Source: Kiritimatiellia bacterium
GTDB taxonomy: Bacteria; Verrucomicrobiota; Kiritimatiellia; RFP12; UBA1067
Direction of reading: 5' to 3'
NCBI GenBank assembly: GCA_017454745.1
Contig: JAFTCL010000069.1
Span: 17,826-81,825, forward strand
DNA length: 64,000 nucleotides
Both the position numbers and the translations under genes were made by a program. Each line of letters begins with the position of its first letter. Positions within the stretch are counted from its first letter, which is position 1. A model generated the notes under the pieces. It was not told where the DNA came from. It made no database searches and was given only the letters and a program-made list of their open reading frames with translations. Of this stretch, positions 25,248 through 33,619 are shown piece by piece.

Positions 25248-28226
25248 CTACCATATCACATCCCGGAAATCCACGTCATTCCGGAGGTCTAGCATTGGCC
25301 GCGCTTTTACGATTTCATCAAGAAGCCGTTTGTAATCAGGATCGTCCTTGCCCGAAAAAATACCCGCAGAGATGCCTTCCTTCAACCAAGAATTACGTTC
25401 CGGATGGTCGTAACGGACATAAAACTGGTACGGGAGTTTCACATCCTTTCGTTTCTCAATCTCATTCTTAACGGCGGTAATTGATGATGGCAATATTCTC
25501 CGGCAACCGCGCAAATCATCCTGCCGCGATTGCGATGTGCCGTAATACGGGACATCAAGGTCGATCCAAAGATGAATCCGCAACCGCTCATCCGCAGTTA
25601 AAGACACACGGGGTTTCCCGTTCTCCGCCGGATGACCGGATGCGATGACTTGCGACAGTTTGCTCACCGGGCTTCCCCACGTCTTCGGAGTAATCCACAA
25701 AATGTTTTCTTCCAATCCGTTGAAGGTGGGAATCCAACTGGTGTAAGGGTTCCTGCCAAAGTTTTTCATATATGGTTTGACATCACCGCCGCTTTCCGCC
25801 CCCGTACCTTTCCGCGCAAGATTTTCGTACGCGACATTGAAATAGTCCGTACGGTCGCCGGTAAGTTCAGGTTCGGGTGCGCCGTCTTCGCCGCTGTGGC
25901 ATTTAACACAATGGCGGCTGAGAACCGGTTGCACAACGCGGGCGAAACTGAAGCCGTCGTCACTGCCCCACGGCGGAGGCACGAGCTTGGCCGGCGGACG
26001 TTGCGCGGCCATTGACTTGCCGATCTGCACCGGAGAGACCGAAACGTAATTGCGGTTGGCATGGCAACCGATGCAGCTCTGCCGCTCCCCCGGCATAAAA
26101 TGCGTAAAAGTGCGCATGCGCTGCACAGCACGCCCCTCCGCGTCAAGCGGCAGAAAATATATCGGCACGTTCGCCGGGGCCAAAAAATGCGCACTGCCGT
26201 CGGCTTCCACCTCCGCGAACCCCCAAACCCGTTTCGGCGCATAGGTCGCGCCGCAGCTGACTACCGGGAATTGGAATCCGAATTGGCGCTTGTCCGTCTC
26301 GGCACGGATATCCTTTTCCATTTCCTGCACAACGGCGATTTTTTTGATTTCTCCCGGCTGAACGTAGCCCTCCAAACCAATCCGCACATCCTGCACCACG
26401 ATTTCCGCGAACGGCCCGATTGATTTGTCGCACTGTTCCGCCCGCTGCGCCAACGGTTTGGCGCGAGGTTCAAGCGGTTGGGGAGAATACCAGCCCAGAC
26501 CATCCTTAGGAGCTTTCACAAGGGTGTGAACGTTATCGGAATCATACTCGCGCAGTTGAATCTCGCCGGCACGTGAAACAAGATACCGGCCACCGTCAAC
26601 CGGGAAAGGCGTCGTGTACGGACCGCGGATCCCGTTACCGCGTATGCCATTTTCCACGGGCGGCACTTTCACCTCCGGAGTGAGATTTCGGATCGCCTGC
26701 TGCGCGTTGCCGCCAAGCGATACATCCACCAGTCCCACCGCCCCGTTGCACGGCCCGTTATGCGAGGTCATGATGCAAAGGTAAACACCGGAACGTCCGG
26801 GAACGTCATGCGCGAACATAAATGTCGCCGGCGAAAGCACTCTGTTACCAAAGATGCCGGATAGCCCGGTTCCGTCAGGTTGAATCGCCCACAGGCTTTG
26901 GATTGGGATCGCGGGACGATCCACATATTCCCAGCGGCTGAAGAGAATCCGCCCGTCGCCCATAACGGTAGGCGTGAAATCGGTAAGATAGTTTGCCGAA
27001 AGCCGCACCGCGTTTTTACCATCGCCGTCGGCGCGGTAAAGTACGGGCGAGGTAGAGGTCCAACAATAAGCGAAAGCCGGTTTACGGTCGGAGGTGAACG
27101 CGATACCGCCGTCAGGAAGCCAACAGGCGTTCTGGTTGTTACAAGTCCCGTGAATCACCTTCTCCAACCCGGATCCGTCCGAATTAATGCACCAGATGGC
27201 AAACGGTTCGCTCATGCTGCGCTTTCCGCTGAAAAGGATTCTTTGTCCGTCATAAGACACTTGCGCATCGATAATAATGCCTTCGGAGGCGTCAACCAAG
27301 CGCCTAACCACGCCTTTTTCGAAGTCGCAAACATATAAACCTCCGCCTTTAGACAAGCCTTCTACATGGTAGGTATAAACGTGGCTCGGATGAAGCGAAC
27401 GGCGTTTCACCAACACCATCGCTCTGATTTCGCTTTCCACGGTTTGCGGTAACGCCGCGTTGAGCATTGGAGTCGCGACGTTTGGATCTTGCCCAAAGTT
27501 TGCCACTATTGTGCCGGCATCGTTACCGGCATGTAGAACCGCAGTTCCAACCGGGAGGAGCCTATCCTCTTTGCGGGCGTGGCGAAAACGAATCTTGAGC
27601 GCTTTGAGATTGGCCGCCGCTTCGGGAAGCGTGGCTTGGGTAGTCACATATTTTTTCCACCCCCCGGTATAAGGCAGAAAAACGGTCGCGATCAACCGTT
27701 GCGGATTTTCGGCATCGAAAAGTTCTATACATGAATCCTGCATTCCCGAAGAGTGGTGGAAAGAAATTTGCCGCGAGGGAGGTTCGGAGAAATCAAACCC
27801 TCGGTAGACACAACTTGCGCCTTCACGCAAATGGCCGATTTCCAATCCCCATTTGGTCTGATAACCGTCACCAAGTCCTTGACGTTCAACCGCGTCCGCC
27901 CCCTGAACGGTCTTCCCGTTTGAAGTTATTCCCGCAATGTTTACCAGACATTCTCCGGGACATGAAACAACTTCATCGGAATAATTTTCAAGCAAAATCA
28001 GTTCCGCACCTTCTTGAGAAAGCCGCCCCGCCGGACCGCCAACCGAACCGTCCTGGTTCAAAATACTGTCCGTGAACGGATTCACGCCGCTGAACCAGGA
28101 AAAAGGGATTTGCACACTCCAAGTTCCGTCACCTTGTTTTGTCCAGCCCTTTACCGGATGGGCAGAAACCATGGCGACTACGAATACCCCGGGCAAAAAA
28201 ATCGCGGCAAACTTATTAATCGTCAT
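25248..28226 (-). CDS. Exported PD40-type beta-propeller protein with two CxxCH haem-c motifs (HzsA-like architecture), paralog 3; N-terminal CBM6/35-like module
   Basis: I prefer the ATG at 28226 (GAGGAG 10 nt upstream, then signal peptide MTINKFAAIFLPGVFVVAMVSA) over the ORF-track start at 28475, which runs through the upstream gene. NACWLPDGGIAFTSDRK and FSRWEYVDR. CIGCH at 26061-26075 and CVKCH at 25896-25910. Confidence 0.85.
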   Translation of the reverse strand: MTINKFAAIFLPGVFVVAMVSAHPVKGWTKQGDGTWSVQIPFSWFSGVNPFTDSILNQDGSVGGPAGRLSQEGAELILLENYSDEVVSCPGECLVNIAGITSNGKTVQGADAVERQGLGDGYQTKWGLEIGHLREGASCVYRGFDFSEPPSRQISFHHSSGMQDSCIELFDAENPQRLIATVFLPYTGGWKKYVTTQATLPEAAANLKALKIRFRHARKEDRLLPVGTAVLHAGNDAGTIVANFGQDPNVATPMLNAALPQTVESEIRAMVLVKRRSLHPSHVYTYHVEGLSKGGGLYVCDFEKGVVRRLVDASEGIIIDAQVSYDGQRILFSGKRSMSEPFAIWCINSDGSGLEKVIHGTCNNQNACWLPDGGIAFTSDRKPAFAYCWTSTSPVLYRADGDGKNAVRLSANYLTDFTPTVMGDGRILFSRWEYVDRPAIPIQSLWAIQPDGTGLSGIFGNRVLSPATFMFAHDVPGRSGVYLCIMTSHNGPCNGAVGLVDVSLGGNAQQAIRNLTPEVKVPPVENGIRGNGIRGPYTTPFPVDGGRYLVSRAGEIQLREYDSDNVHTLVKAPKDGLGWYSPQPLEPRAKPLAQRAEQCDKSIGPFAEIVVQDVRIGLEGYVQPGEIKKIAVVQEMEKDIRAETDKRQFGFQFPVVSCGATYAPKRVWGFAEVEADGSAHFLAPANVPIYFLPLDAEGRAVQRMRTFTHFMPGERQSCIGCHANRNYVSVSPVQIGKSMAAQRPPAKLVPPPWGSDDGFSFARVVQPVLSRHCVKCHSGEDGAPEPELTGDRTDYFNVAYENLARKGTGAESGGDVKPYMKNFGRNPYTSWIPTFNGLEENILWITPKTWGSPVSKLSQVIASGHPAENGKPRVSLTADERLRIHLWIDLDVPYYGTSQSRQDDLRGCRRILPSSITAVKNEIEKRKDVKLPYQFYVRYDHPERNSWLKEGISAGIFSGKDDPDYKRLLDEIVKARPMLDLRNDVDFRDVIW

Positions 28227-28767
28227 TATGCGTTTTCTCCTCAGCCATATCGTACCATTTGGGGTCGCGGCGCGGCGGGCATAACCGGCGCAAAAATTCC
28301 TGGGCCGCGTTTTTAGCCGTTTTTGTTCCGGAATCGGACTCAAACGGATTCTCCAGATCAAAGACTTCTTTAAACTGCTCGTCGATCTTCTCCGGGTCCT
28401 CTCCGGCCTCGATGCGGGCCATCGCCTCGCGCACGTCCGCGTTGAAGCGAAGCCCCCCCTGCTCCGCCATTTCACGCATCACCTTGACCGCCTCGGCGGG
28501 ATCGGCATCATCATCATTCATCGCGTCCAACCGCCGCCCCATCTTGCTGATCAGCTCTTCCTGCTCGGCCTGGGATATTTCGTCACGGTCGCCCCCCCCG
28601 AGGTCTTCGCGGTCCCCGGATTTGACAATGTGCGAAAAACTGGAAACTTGGCGCGAAAGTTTCCCGCCGCAGTCCGGGCATTCCGGCACCGTAACGGTAT
28701 CCACACGCTGGGAACGGAAGGTGTAAACGGTATGGCAGTTTTTGCAGTAAAACTCATACAACGGCAT
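28216..28767 (-). CDS. FmdB-family CxxC...CxxC zinc-ribbon protein with a long acidic C-terminal extension
   Basis: MPLYEFYCKNCHTVYTF...VPECPDCGG is the FmdB/CxxC_CxxC_SSSS signature. ATG at 28767 with GGGGGA upstream. The ORF-track 5' extension to 29004 overlaps rnc and is not used. Confidence 0.75.
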   Translation of the reverse strand: MPLYEFYCKNCHTVYTFRSQRVDTVTVPECPDCGGKLSRQVSSFSHIVKSGDREDLGGGDRDEISQAEQEELISKMGRRLDAMNDDDADPAEAVKVMREMAEQGGLRFNADVREAMARIEAGEDPEKIDEQFKEVFDLENPFESDSGTKTAKNAAQEFLRRLCPPRRDPKWYDMAEEKTHNDD

Positions 28768-28792
28768 TGCTATTCCCCCGATGTATAAAGGG

Positions 28793-29515
28793 TTACGTTT
28801 TTTTCGAAAGTTTTTCCAGCAGCTGCCTTGCCGCCTCGGTCTCTGCGGCATGTTTGCTTCCGGCGCTGGCAACCGCGAAAATGCCATCCGGCAATACGGC
28901 GCGAACCTCAAAAAGCGGCGCGTGGGACGGGCCGGAACTGGAAACCAACTCATACACCGGGAATCCCCGCCAGCCGTTGCTTTGGGCAATCTCCTGCAAG
29001 GCACCCTTGGGGTTTTCTTCCACTATCGCCCGCTGGATCGAATCCACCTCCACGCCAATCTGCAAATGCCGGTAAATCTGTTCCGCAGCCTCCAAACTTC
29101 CGTCGCACCAAGCGGCGCCAAATATCGCCTCCATCGCGTCGGCGAGAAAATTCAGGTTGTCGCGGCCATTCTGACAGTTTTGCCCGGCGCCGAGACGAAG
29201 GTATTCGCCGACCCCCACGCGGCGGGCCAACTCGCCTAACGCGACGCCGGAAGCCAAATGGCTGCGCATCTTGGTCAAAGAACCTTCCTTGACCCCGGTG
29301 AACTGGTTGAATAGCTGTTGCGCCGACAAAAGACCGAAGACCGCATCGCCAAGAAACTCCAGCCGCTGGTTATCGTTGGTAGATGCCAAACTGGGGTGGT
29401 CGTTACGGTAAGACGGGGTGGTCAACGCCTCCACCAGCAACGACTTGTCCTTAAACTCATACCCCAACGTCGCCTCAAGCGGCGCCAGGTTAACGCTCTT
29501 TGGGGTCTTCCGCAT
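28793..29515 (-). CDS. rnc: Ribonuclease III
   Basis: RNase III signature NQRLEFLGDAVFGLL, catalytic-domain blocks, and a C-terminal dsRNA-binding domain (GPSHAPLFEVRAV...GSKHAAETEAARQLLEKL). Confidence 0.93.
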   Translation of the reverse strand: MRKTPKSVNLAPLEATLGYEFKDKSLLVEALTTPSYRNDHPSLASTNDNQRLEFLGDAVFGLLSAQQLFNQFTGVKEGSLTKMRSHLASGVALGELARRVGVGEYLRLGAGQNCQNGRDNLNFLADAMEAIFGAAWCDGSLEAAEQIYRHLQIGVEVDSIQRAIVEENPKGALQEIAQSNGWRGFPVYELVSSSGPSHAPLFEVRAVLPDGIFAVASAGSKHAAETEAARQLLEKLSKKT

Positions 29516-29518
29516 AAA

Positions 29519-30106
29519 CTACAGCACACCTTTGCTGGAAGGGATCCCCGACTCGCGCGGGTCCGGTTCGACCGCCATGCGGAAAGCGCGCGCAAAACTT
29601 TTGAAAATCCCTTCGCAAACGTGGTGGGCCTCGTCCCCGTAAATCTCGCGGGCATGGAGATTCATCTTTGCCTCTACGGTAAGAGCGCGAAAAAACTCCT
29701 CGAACAGTTTCACCTCGAAATCACGGACCATGGCGTGCTTGCGCGGGGTGGCAAACACCAGAAACGGCCGGCCGCCCAAATCCAGCGCCACTTCACACAG
29801 CGCATCGTCCATTGGCAAACTGAAAAAACCGTAACGGCGGATACCGCGGCGGTCGCCCAGCGCTTCACGGATGCAGGCCCCCATAGTGAGGCCGACATCC
29901 TCCACCGTGTGGTGGTAGTCCACATTCAGATCGCCTTGGGCGCGCACCGAGAGATCCACCAGCGAGTGGCGGGAAAAAAGCGTAAGCATGTGGTCAAAAA
30001 AACCGATGCCGGTGTCGATGTCCGCCTGCCCGGTACCGTCAAGATTCAAAGTTACGGTGATATCGGTTTCAAATGTTTTGCGGTGTAAAGTTGCGTTGCG
30101 GGACAT
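29519..30106 (-). CDS. hisB: Imidazoleglycerol-phosphate dehydratase
   Basis: RKTFETDITVTLNLDG, DTGIGFFDHMLTLFSRHS, DYHHTVEDVGL and GDEAHHVCEGIFKSFARAF are the canonical IGPD motifs. Confidence 0.93.
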   Translation of the reverse strand: MSRNATLHRKTFETDITVTLNLDGTGQADIDTGIGFFDHMLTLFSRHSLVDLSVRAQGDLNVDYHHTVEDVGLTMGACIREALGDRRGIRRYGFFSLPMDDALCEVALDLGGRPFLVFATPRKHAMVRDFEVKLFEEFFRALTVEAKMNLHAREIYGDEAHHVCEGIFKSFARAFRMAVEPDPRESGIPSSKGVL

Positions 30107-30925
30107 TTAATCACCCTCCTTCTTGAGCCGACCGGTGGCCAATTCGCGAAGCCGGATCAGCCAAATACACAACACGTACATGAACATCATCGGGACGGCC
30201 ATCACAATTTGCGAAATCGGGTCCGGCGGCGTGAGCACCATCGCCATCGCGAAAATAACCACCACCGCCACGCGCCATTGTCCGATAAGGGTTTTAGACG
30301 ATATCATTCCAAACCATCCAAGCACCACCAGCAACAACGGCACCTGAAAAGCCAGGCCGAACGCCACCAGGGTTTTCATCACCAGCGTGATGTAAGGCAT
30401 GGTGTTGAAAAACGCCAAATCCAATCCCATCCATTGGTTGACTTTCATCAGCACGTCAATCGCGATGGATAAGGTTGCGGCGTATGCCATCCAAACACCG
30501 GACAAAAACAATACCGTGGAAAAGAAAAGCGAAAAAAGGATTATCATCCGCTCGCTGCGCTTCAAACCGGGGAAAACAAAGCGCGAGACAAAAAAGAACA
30601 GTAGCGGCAACGCCAAGACCGTACCGCCCCAAAGCATAATTTTGAAGAGCACTTCGAAGCCGCCGGTGGCCTCCATCGTCTGCAGCGACATGTGCTCGGC
30701 AAGTTTGGCGTAACGCTCCTGCGTCAGCAGTTTGGCGATCGGGGCTTGCAGCCATCTCAACACCGTAGGGGCAAAGGGGATGATTACGATGATGCTGGCT
30801 ACCCACGTGATGCCGCAATGGATCAAGCAATCCCGCAGATCGATCAAATGCTCGATAAACGGTCGCGGCGGATCGTTGTATTCGTCCTCGCCGTCGGCGC
30901 CCATAAAGAAACGGCCGATTTTCAC
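30107..30925 (-). CDS. tatC: Twin-arginine translocase subunit TatC
   Basis: N-terminal FIEHLIDLRDCLI (the H-L-x-E-L-R-like TatC motif), six TM segments, about 270 aa. Its start overlaps the upstream tatA/B stop by 4 nt, and its stop abuts the hisB ATG (TAAATG). Confidence 0.88.
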   Translation of the reverse strand: MKIGRFFMGADGEDEYNDPPRPFIEHLIDLRDCLIHCGITWVASIIVIIPFAPTVLRWLQAPIAKLLTQERYAKLAEHMSLQTMEATGGFEVLFKIMLWGGTVLALPLLFFFVSRFVFPGLKRSERMIILFSLFFSTVLFLSGVWMAYAATLSIAIDVLMKVNQWMGLDLAFFNTMPYITLVMKTLVAFGLAFQVPLLLVVLGWFGMISSKTLIGQWRVAVVVIFAMAMVLTPPDPISQIVMAVPMMFMYVLCIWLIRLRELATGRLKKEGD

Positions 30926-31452
30926 GCTTTGGCCTCCGGGGTTGCGGGCGTCGGCTCCGGATCGGCGGCACTGCGACTGCTTTCGGCCATCGCCGATTCA
31001 TCCACCGCGCGATCTACGATCGGAGCTTCACCGGTTGCGCCGGATTCCGTCGAGGTTTCCGCTGCCGCGTCATCGGCTTCCGGCGGAATGTCGGAGAGCT
31101 GGGTGGATGACCACTGGTCTTCATTGCCGGGATACGGCGACTCGCCGGACAACGAATCCTCCGGCAGAGAAGAATATGGATCTTCCGTTGTACCGTCATC
31201 GTATTTCGGCACCCCGTCAGCATCGGTTGACGAAGATTCAGGAGTCTTAACCGGCTCCTGATCCATGGTCAGCAGCTGGCGGCGGAACTCATCCGCCGCA
31301 CGGCGAAAAACCTCGCTCATGCGCCCGATTTTTCTTGCGATTCCAGGCAACCGTTTGGGACCGACCACCACCAGAATCACCACGAACCAAACCACCCATT
31401 CGCCTAAGCCGACACTGTCGAAAACAAGCGCAACGCGAGGAATAAACGTCAT
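30922..31452 (-). CDS. tatA: TatA/TatB-family Sec-independent translocase component with a long acidic Ser/Pro/Glu-rich tail
   Basis: TM helix plus amphipathic helix: LGEWVVWFVVILVVVGPKRLPGIARKIGRMSEVFRRAADEFRRQL (GPxRLP as in TatB/TatA). The exact start is uncertain. Confidence 0.75.
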   Translation of the reverse strand: MTFIPRVALVFDSVGLGEWVVWFVVILVVVGPKRLPGIARKIGRMSEVFRRAADEFRRQLLTMDQEPVKTPESSSTDADGVPKYDDGTTEDPYSSLPEDSLSGESPYPGNEDQWSSTQLSDIPPEADDAAAETSTESGATGEAPIVDRAVDESAMAESSRSAADPEPTPATPEAKA

Positions 31453-31475
31453 GGTGCAACTTCCAGCACAAAGAA

Positions 31476-31507
31476 GGTTTTCCGCGCCATTTAAGGCACG
31501 GAAAACC
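31476..31507 (-). terminator. Candidate rho-independent terminator after pal
   Basis: 9-bp stem GGTTTTCCG / CGGAAAACC (31476-31484 / 31499-31507). On the minus strand it is followed by TTCTTTGTG. Confidence 0.5.
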
Positions 31508-31527
31508 GGGAAAAACTAACTCTTGTT

Positions 31528-32121
31528 CTAACGCTGATAAAGCGCGAACTCGCCGCGGCGGTTAAGGCGCCAAGTCTCTTCGCCGGAACCGATCACAGCG
31601 GGCTTCTCCTCTCCATAGCTGCGGGTCTGGATGCGGTCGGCGGCAACGCCGAGGTTAACGAGGATCGAACGGATCGTCTGGGCGCGGTTTTCACCCAGCG
31701 AAAGGTTGTACTCGTTGCTGCCGCGCTCGTCGCAGTGGCCCTCGACCACCAGCACGTGGTTGTTGTTTTGGAGCAGATCCTGCGCCACGGCGTTAATCTT
31801 GGGCATCTCCTGCGGCGGGATGGAATAGCTGTCGAACCCGAAATAAACCGGATTGAAACGGATGTCGGTAACCGGCTGCAATACATCCTCGAACCGGGCG
31901 CCGCTGATAACGTTGCCCATCTCGTCGGTAATGCGGTTGAGGTCGGTAGCGCCGGAGAAACCGCTGCCGACGTCATTCACACCGTCACCGGTACCCAAAA
32001 CCGAACGGTCTTTGCTCCACGGCCAGCGCCAAGAGCCGTCCGCATTCTTGCATCCGGTGTCAGTGAAAACCAGCGCGCACATCAGCGCGGCGTTAACCAT
32101 CATCAGTTTGCTAATCTGCAT
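31528..32121 (-). CDS. pal: Peptidoglycan-associated lipoprotein (OmpA-family)
   Basis: Lipobox LVFTDTGC. OmpA-like domain FDSYSIPPQE...LVVEGHCDERGSNEYNLSLGENRAQTIRSILVNLGV. Sits directly downstream of tolB. Confidence 0.9.
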   Translation of the reverse strand: MQISKLMMVNAALMCALVFTDTGCKNADGSWRWPWSKDRSVLGTGDGVNDVGSGFSGATDLNRITDEMGNVISGARFEDVLQPVTDIRFNPVYFGFDSYSIPPQEMPKINAVAQDLLQNNNHVLVVEGHCDERGSNEYNLSLGENRAQTIRSILVNLGVAADRIQTRSYGEEKPAVIGSGEETWRLNRRGEFALYQR

Positions 32122-32166
32122 GGAATGATTCCTTTGTTTGTTTTGTTAAGGTTGCGTGTGAAGATG

Positions 32167-33372
32167 CTACTTGTCGGACCAGTCTGGAGAAAGCCAATTT
32201 CCCGGAATGTTGAACAGCTTGACCGGAGGATCGCCCTCGACATCCAGAAGGTAAAGCGCTGAACGGCATGAACAAACCAGGTGGCGCCCGTCAGGGGCCC
32301 ACGACGGATGCTCGCACTCTCCGCCAGGACCGGGAATGATCCGACTCGAACTGTCTCCCGACGCACTCATGATGGCGACCTCGTAACCGCTGCGCTTGGT
32401 GGCGTAGGCGATCTGGCCGTTCGGGCCCCAATCGGGGTTGACGTTCTCCGTCCCTTTGTAGGTCAACCGCCGGGATTGCCCGCTGGCCACATCAACGACG
32501 TAAATCTGCGGTTTTCCGGTGGCATCGGAGACATAGGCAATGCAACGGCCGTCCGGCGACCAACAGGGGCTGGCCTCCGCTCCGTGCGGGGTATTGGTGA
32601 GACGGCGGATCCGGCCCGAAGAAAGACTCAGCACATACAGTTCGGGATTCCCCTGGTAGGAAAGAATCAGGGCCGCGCGCGAACCGTCCGGCGAGATGTC
32701 CGCGCCGGTGTTGAGTCCCCGGAACGGGGCCAGCGCTTTACGGTATCCACCCGTCTGGTTGATGCGGTAAATCGCCGGATAGCCGTGCAGGAAACTGGTG
32801 TAGTAGATGTCATGTCCGTTCGGTGCCCAGCGCGGTCCCACCGCGGCCACATTATCCCGGGTCAATTGCAACACCCCCATACCGTTGGCATCGCAAACGT
32901 AAACGTCGGCGCGGTTTGCCCCGCGACGGTTGACAAAGGTGATTTTAGACTGGGCAATGCCTTTCTTGCCGGCGATCTGCTTGACCATCTCGTCCGCCAA
33001 CTGGTGGGCCTGACGGCGCACCTCGGTCTGCCCGGAAGACACCCTGGCCCAGCCAAAACGTTTTCCGCCCCAAGCGACATCACACCGGGTCTGAATCCCG
33101 CCACCGGCGTCCGCCACCGTTCCCGACACATTGACCGAACCGTTCTGCGCGACCGTAAACCAGCCGGACAACTCCAAATCGCGGGTCAGGGTCTGCACAA
33201 AAAGCCGTCCATTAGGACCGGTCGCGCTAAGCCTGGCTAACGAAACCGCGTCTTTCTTAGCACCCGGCTTCACCACGGTAATCAATGGGGACGCAGCCAG
33301 CGCCTCTTCGCCAGGGAAAGCCCCGGAAAGCAACGCCAAAACCGCAATCGACAAGCAAAAATTACGAAACAT
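32167..33372 (-). CDS. tolB: Tol-Pal system beta-propeller protein TolB
   Basis: Signal peptide, an N-terminal TolB domain, and repeated PD40 blades (SPDGSRAALILSYQGNPELYVLSL, SPDGRCIAYVSDATGKPQIYVVDV, WGPNGQIAYATKRSGYEVAIMS). Confidence 0.9.
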   Translation of the reverse strand: MFRNFCLSIAVLALLSGAFPGEEALAASPLITVVKPGAKKDAVSLARLSATGPNGRLFVQTLTRDLELSGWFTVAQNGSVNVSGTVADAGGGIQTRCDVAWGGKRFGWARVSSGQTEVRRQAHQLADEMVKQIAGKKGIAQSKITFVNRRGANRADVYVCDANGMGVLQLTRDNVAAVGPRWAPNGHDIYYTSFLHGYPAIYRINQTGGYRKALAPFRGLNTGADISPDGSRAALILSYQGNPELYVLSLSSGRIRRLTNTPHGAEASPCWSPDGRCIAYVSDATGKPQIYVVDVASGQSRRLTYKGTENVNPDWGPNGQIAYATKRSGYEVAIMSASGDSSSRIIPGPGGECEHPSWAPDGRHLVCSCRSALYLLDVEGDPPVKLFNIPGNWLSPDWSDK

Positions 33373-33528
33373 AGAAACTCCTCAAAAACGCAAATTATTA
33401 TATGACAAAACGCCGCTTGGGGGCAAGCCGATTTTGTTCCGATTGGAGAAAAAAAAGACAAAATCCGGTTTCTGAGTCGCGATACGCCCCACCATCAGTC
33501 CGGCTTTGCATTTTTTGTCGATAATTCA

Positions 33529-33557
33529 TTGCCTAAAACCTCGCGAAATAGTAGAAT
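33529..33557 (+). promoter_or_regulatory. Candidate sigma70-like promoter for the flavodiiron gene (TTGCCT-N17-TAGAAT)
   Basis: TTGCCT at 33529-33534 and TAGAAT at 33552-33557. AGAGGAG Shine-Dalgarno at 33609-33615, before the ATG at 33620. Confidence 0.4.
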
Positions 33558-33619
33558 ATGCTAGTTTTTTGTTTGGAATTCTGTTTCGAGTTTTCTTGAT
33601 TACCGTTTAGAGGAGACGC

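Noticed and set aside
15042-28226. Reading the HzsA-like proteins as evidence for anammox / hydrazine metabolism
   Set aside because: Only the alpha-like architecture is present. The window has no beta/gamma subunit-like genes, no hydrazine dehydrogenase/HAO-like multihaem genes and no anammoxosome-related context. The surroundings are CAZymes, so the resemblance is treated as architectural only.
28227-28475. 83-codon 5' extension of paralog 3 in the ORF track
   Set aside because: It overlaps the FmdB-like gene, is Arg-rich and lacks a signal peptide. The internal ATG at 28226 has a GAGGAG RBS and is followed by a signal peptide.
28768-29004. 79-codon 5' extension of the FmdB-like ORF
   Set aside because: It overlaps the 3' end of rnc. 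The family signature MPLYEFYC starts at the ATG at 28767.
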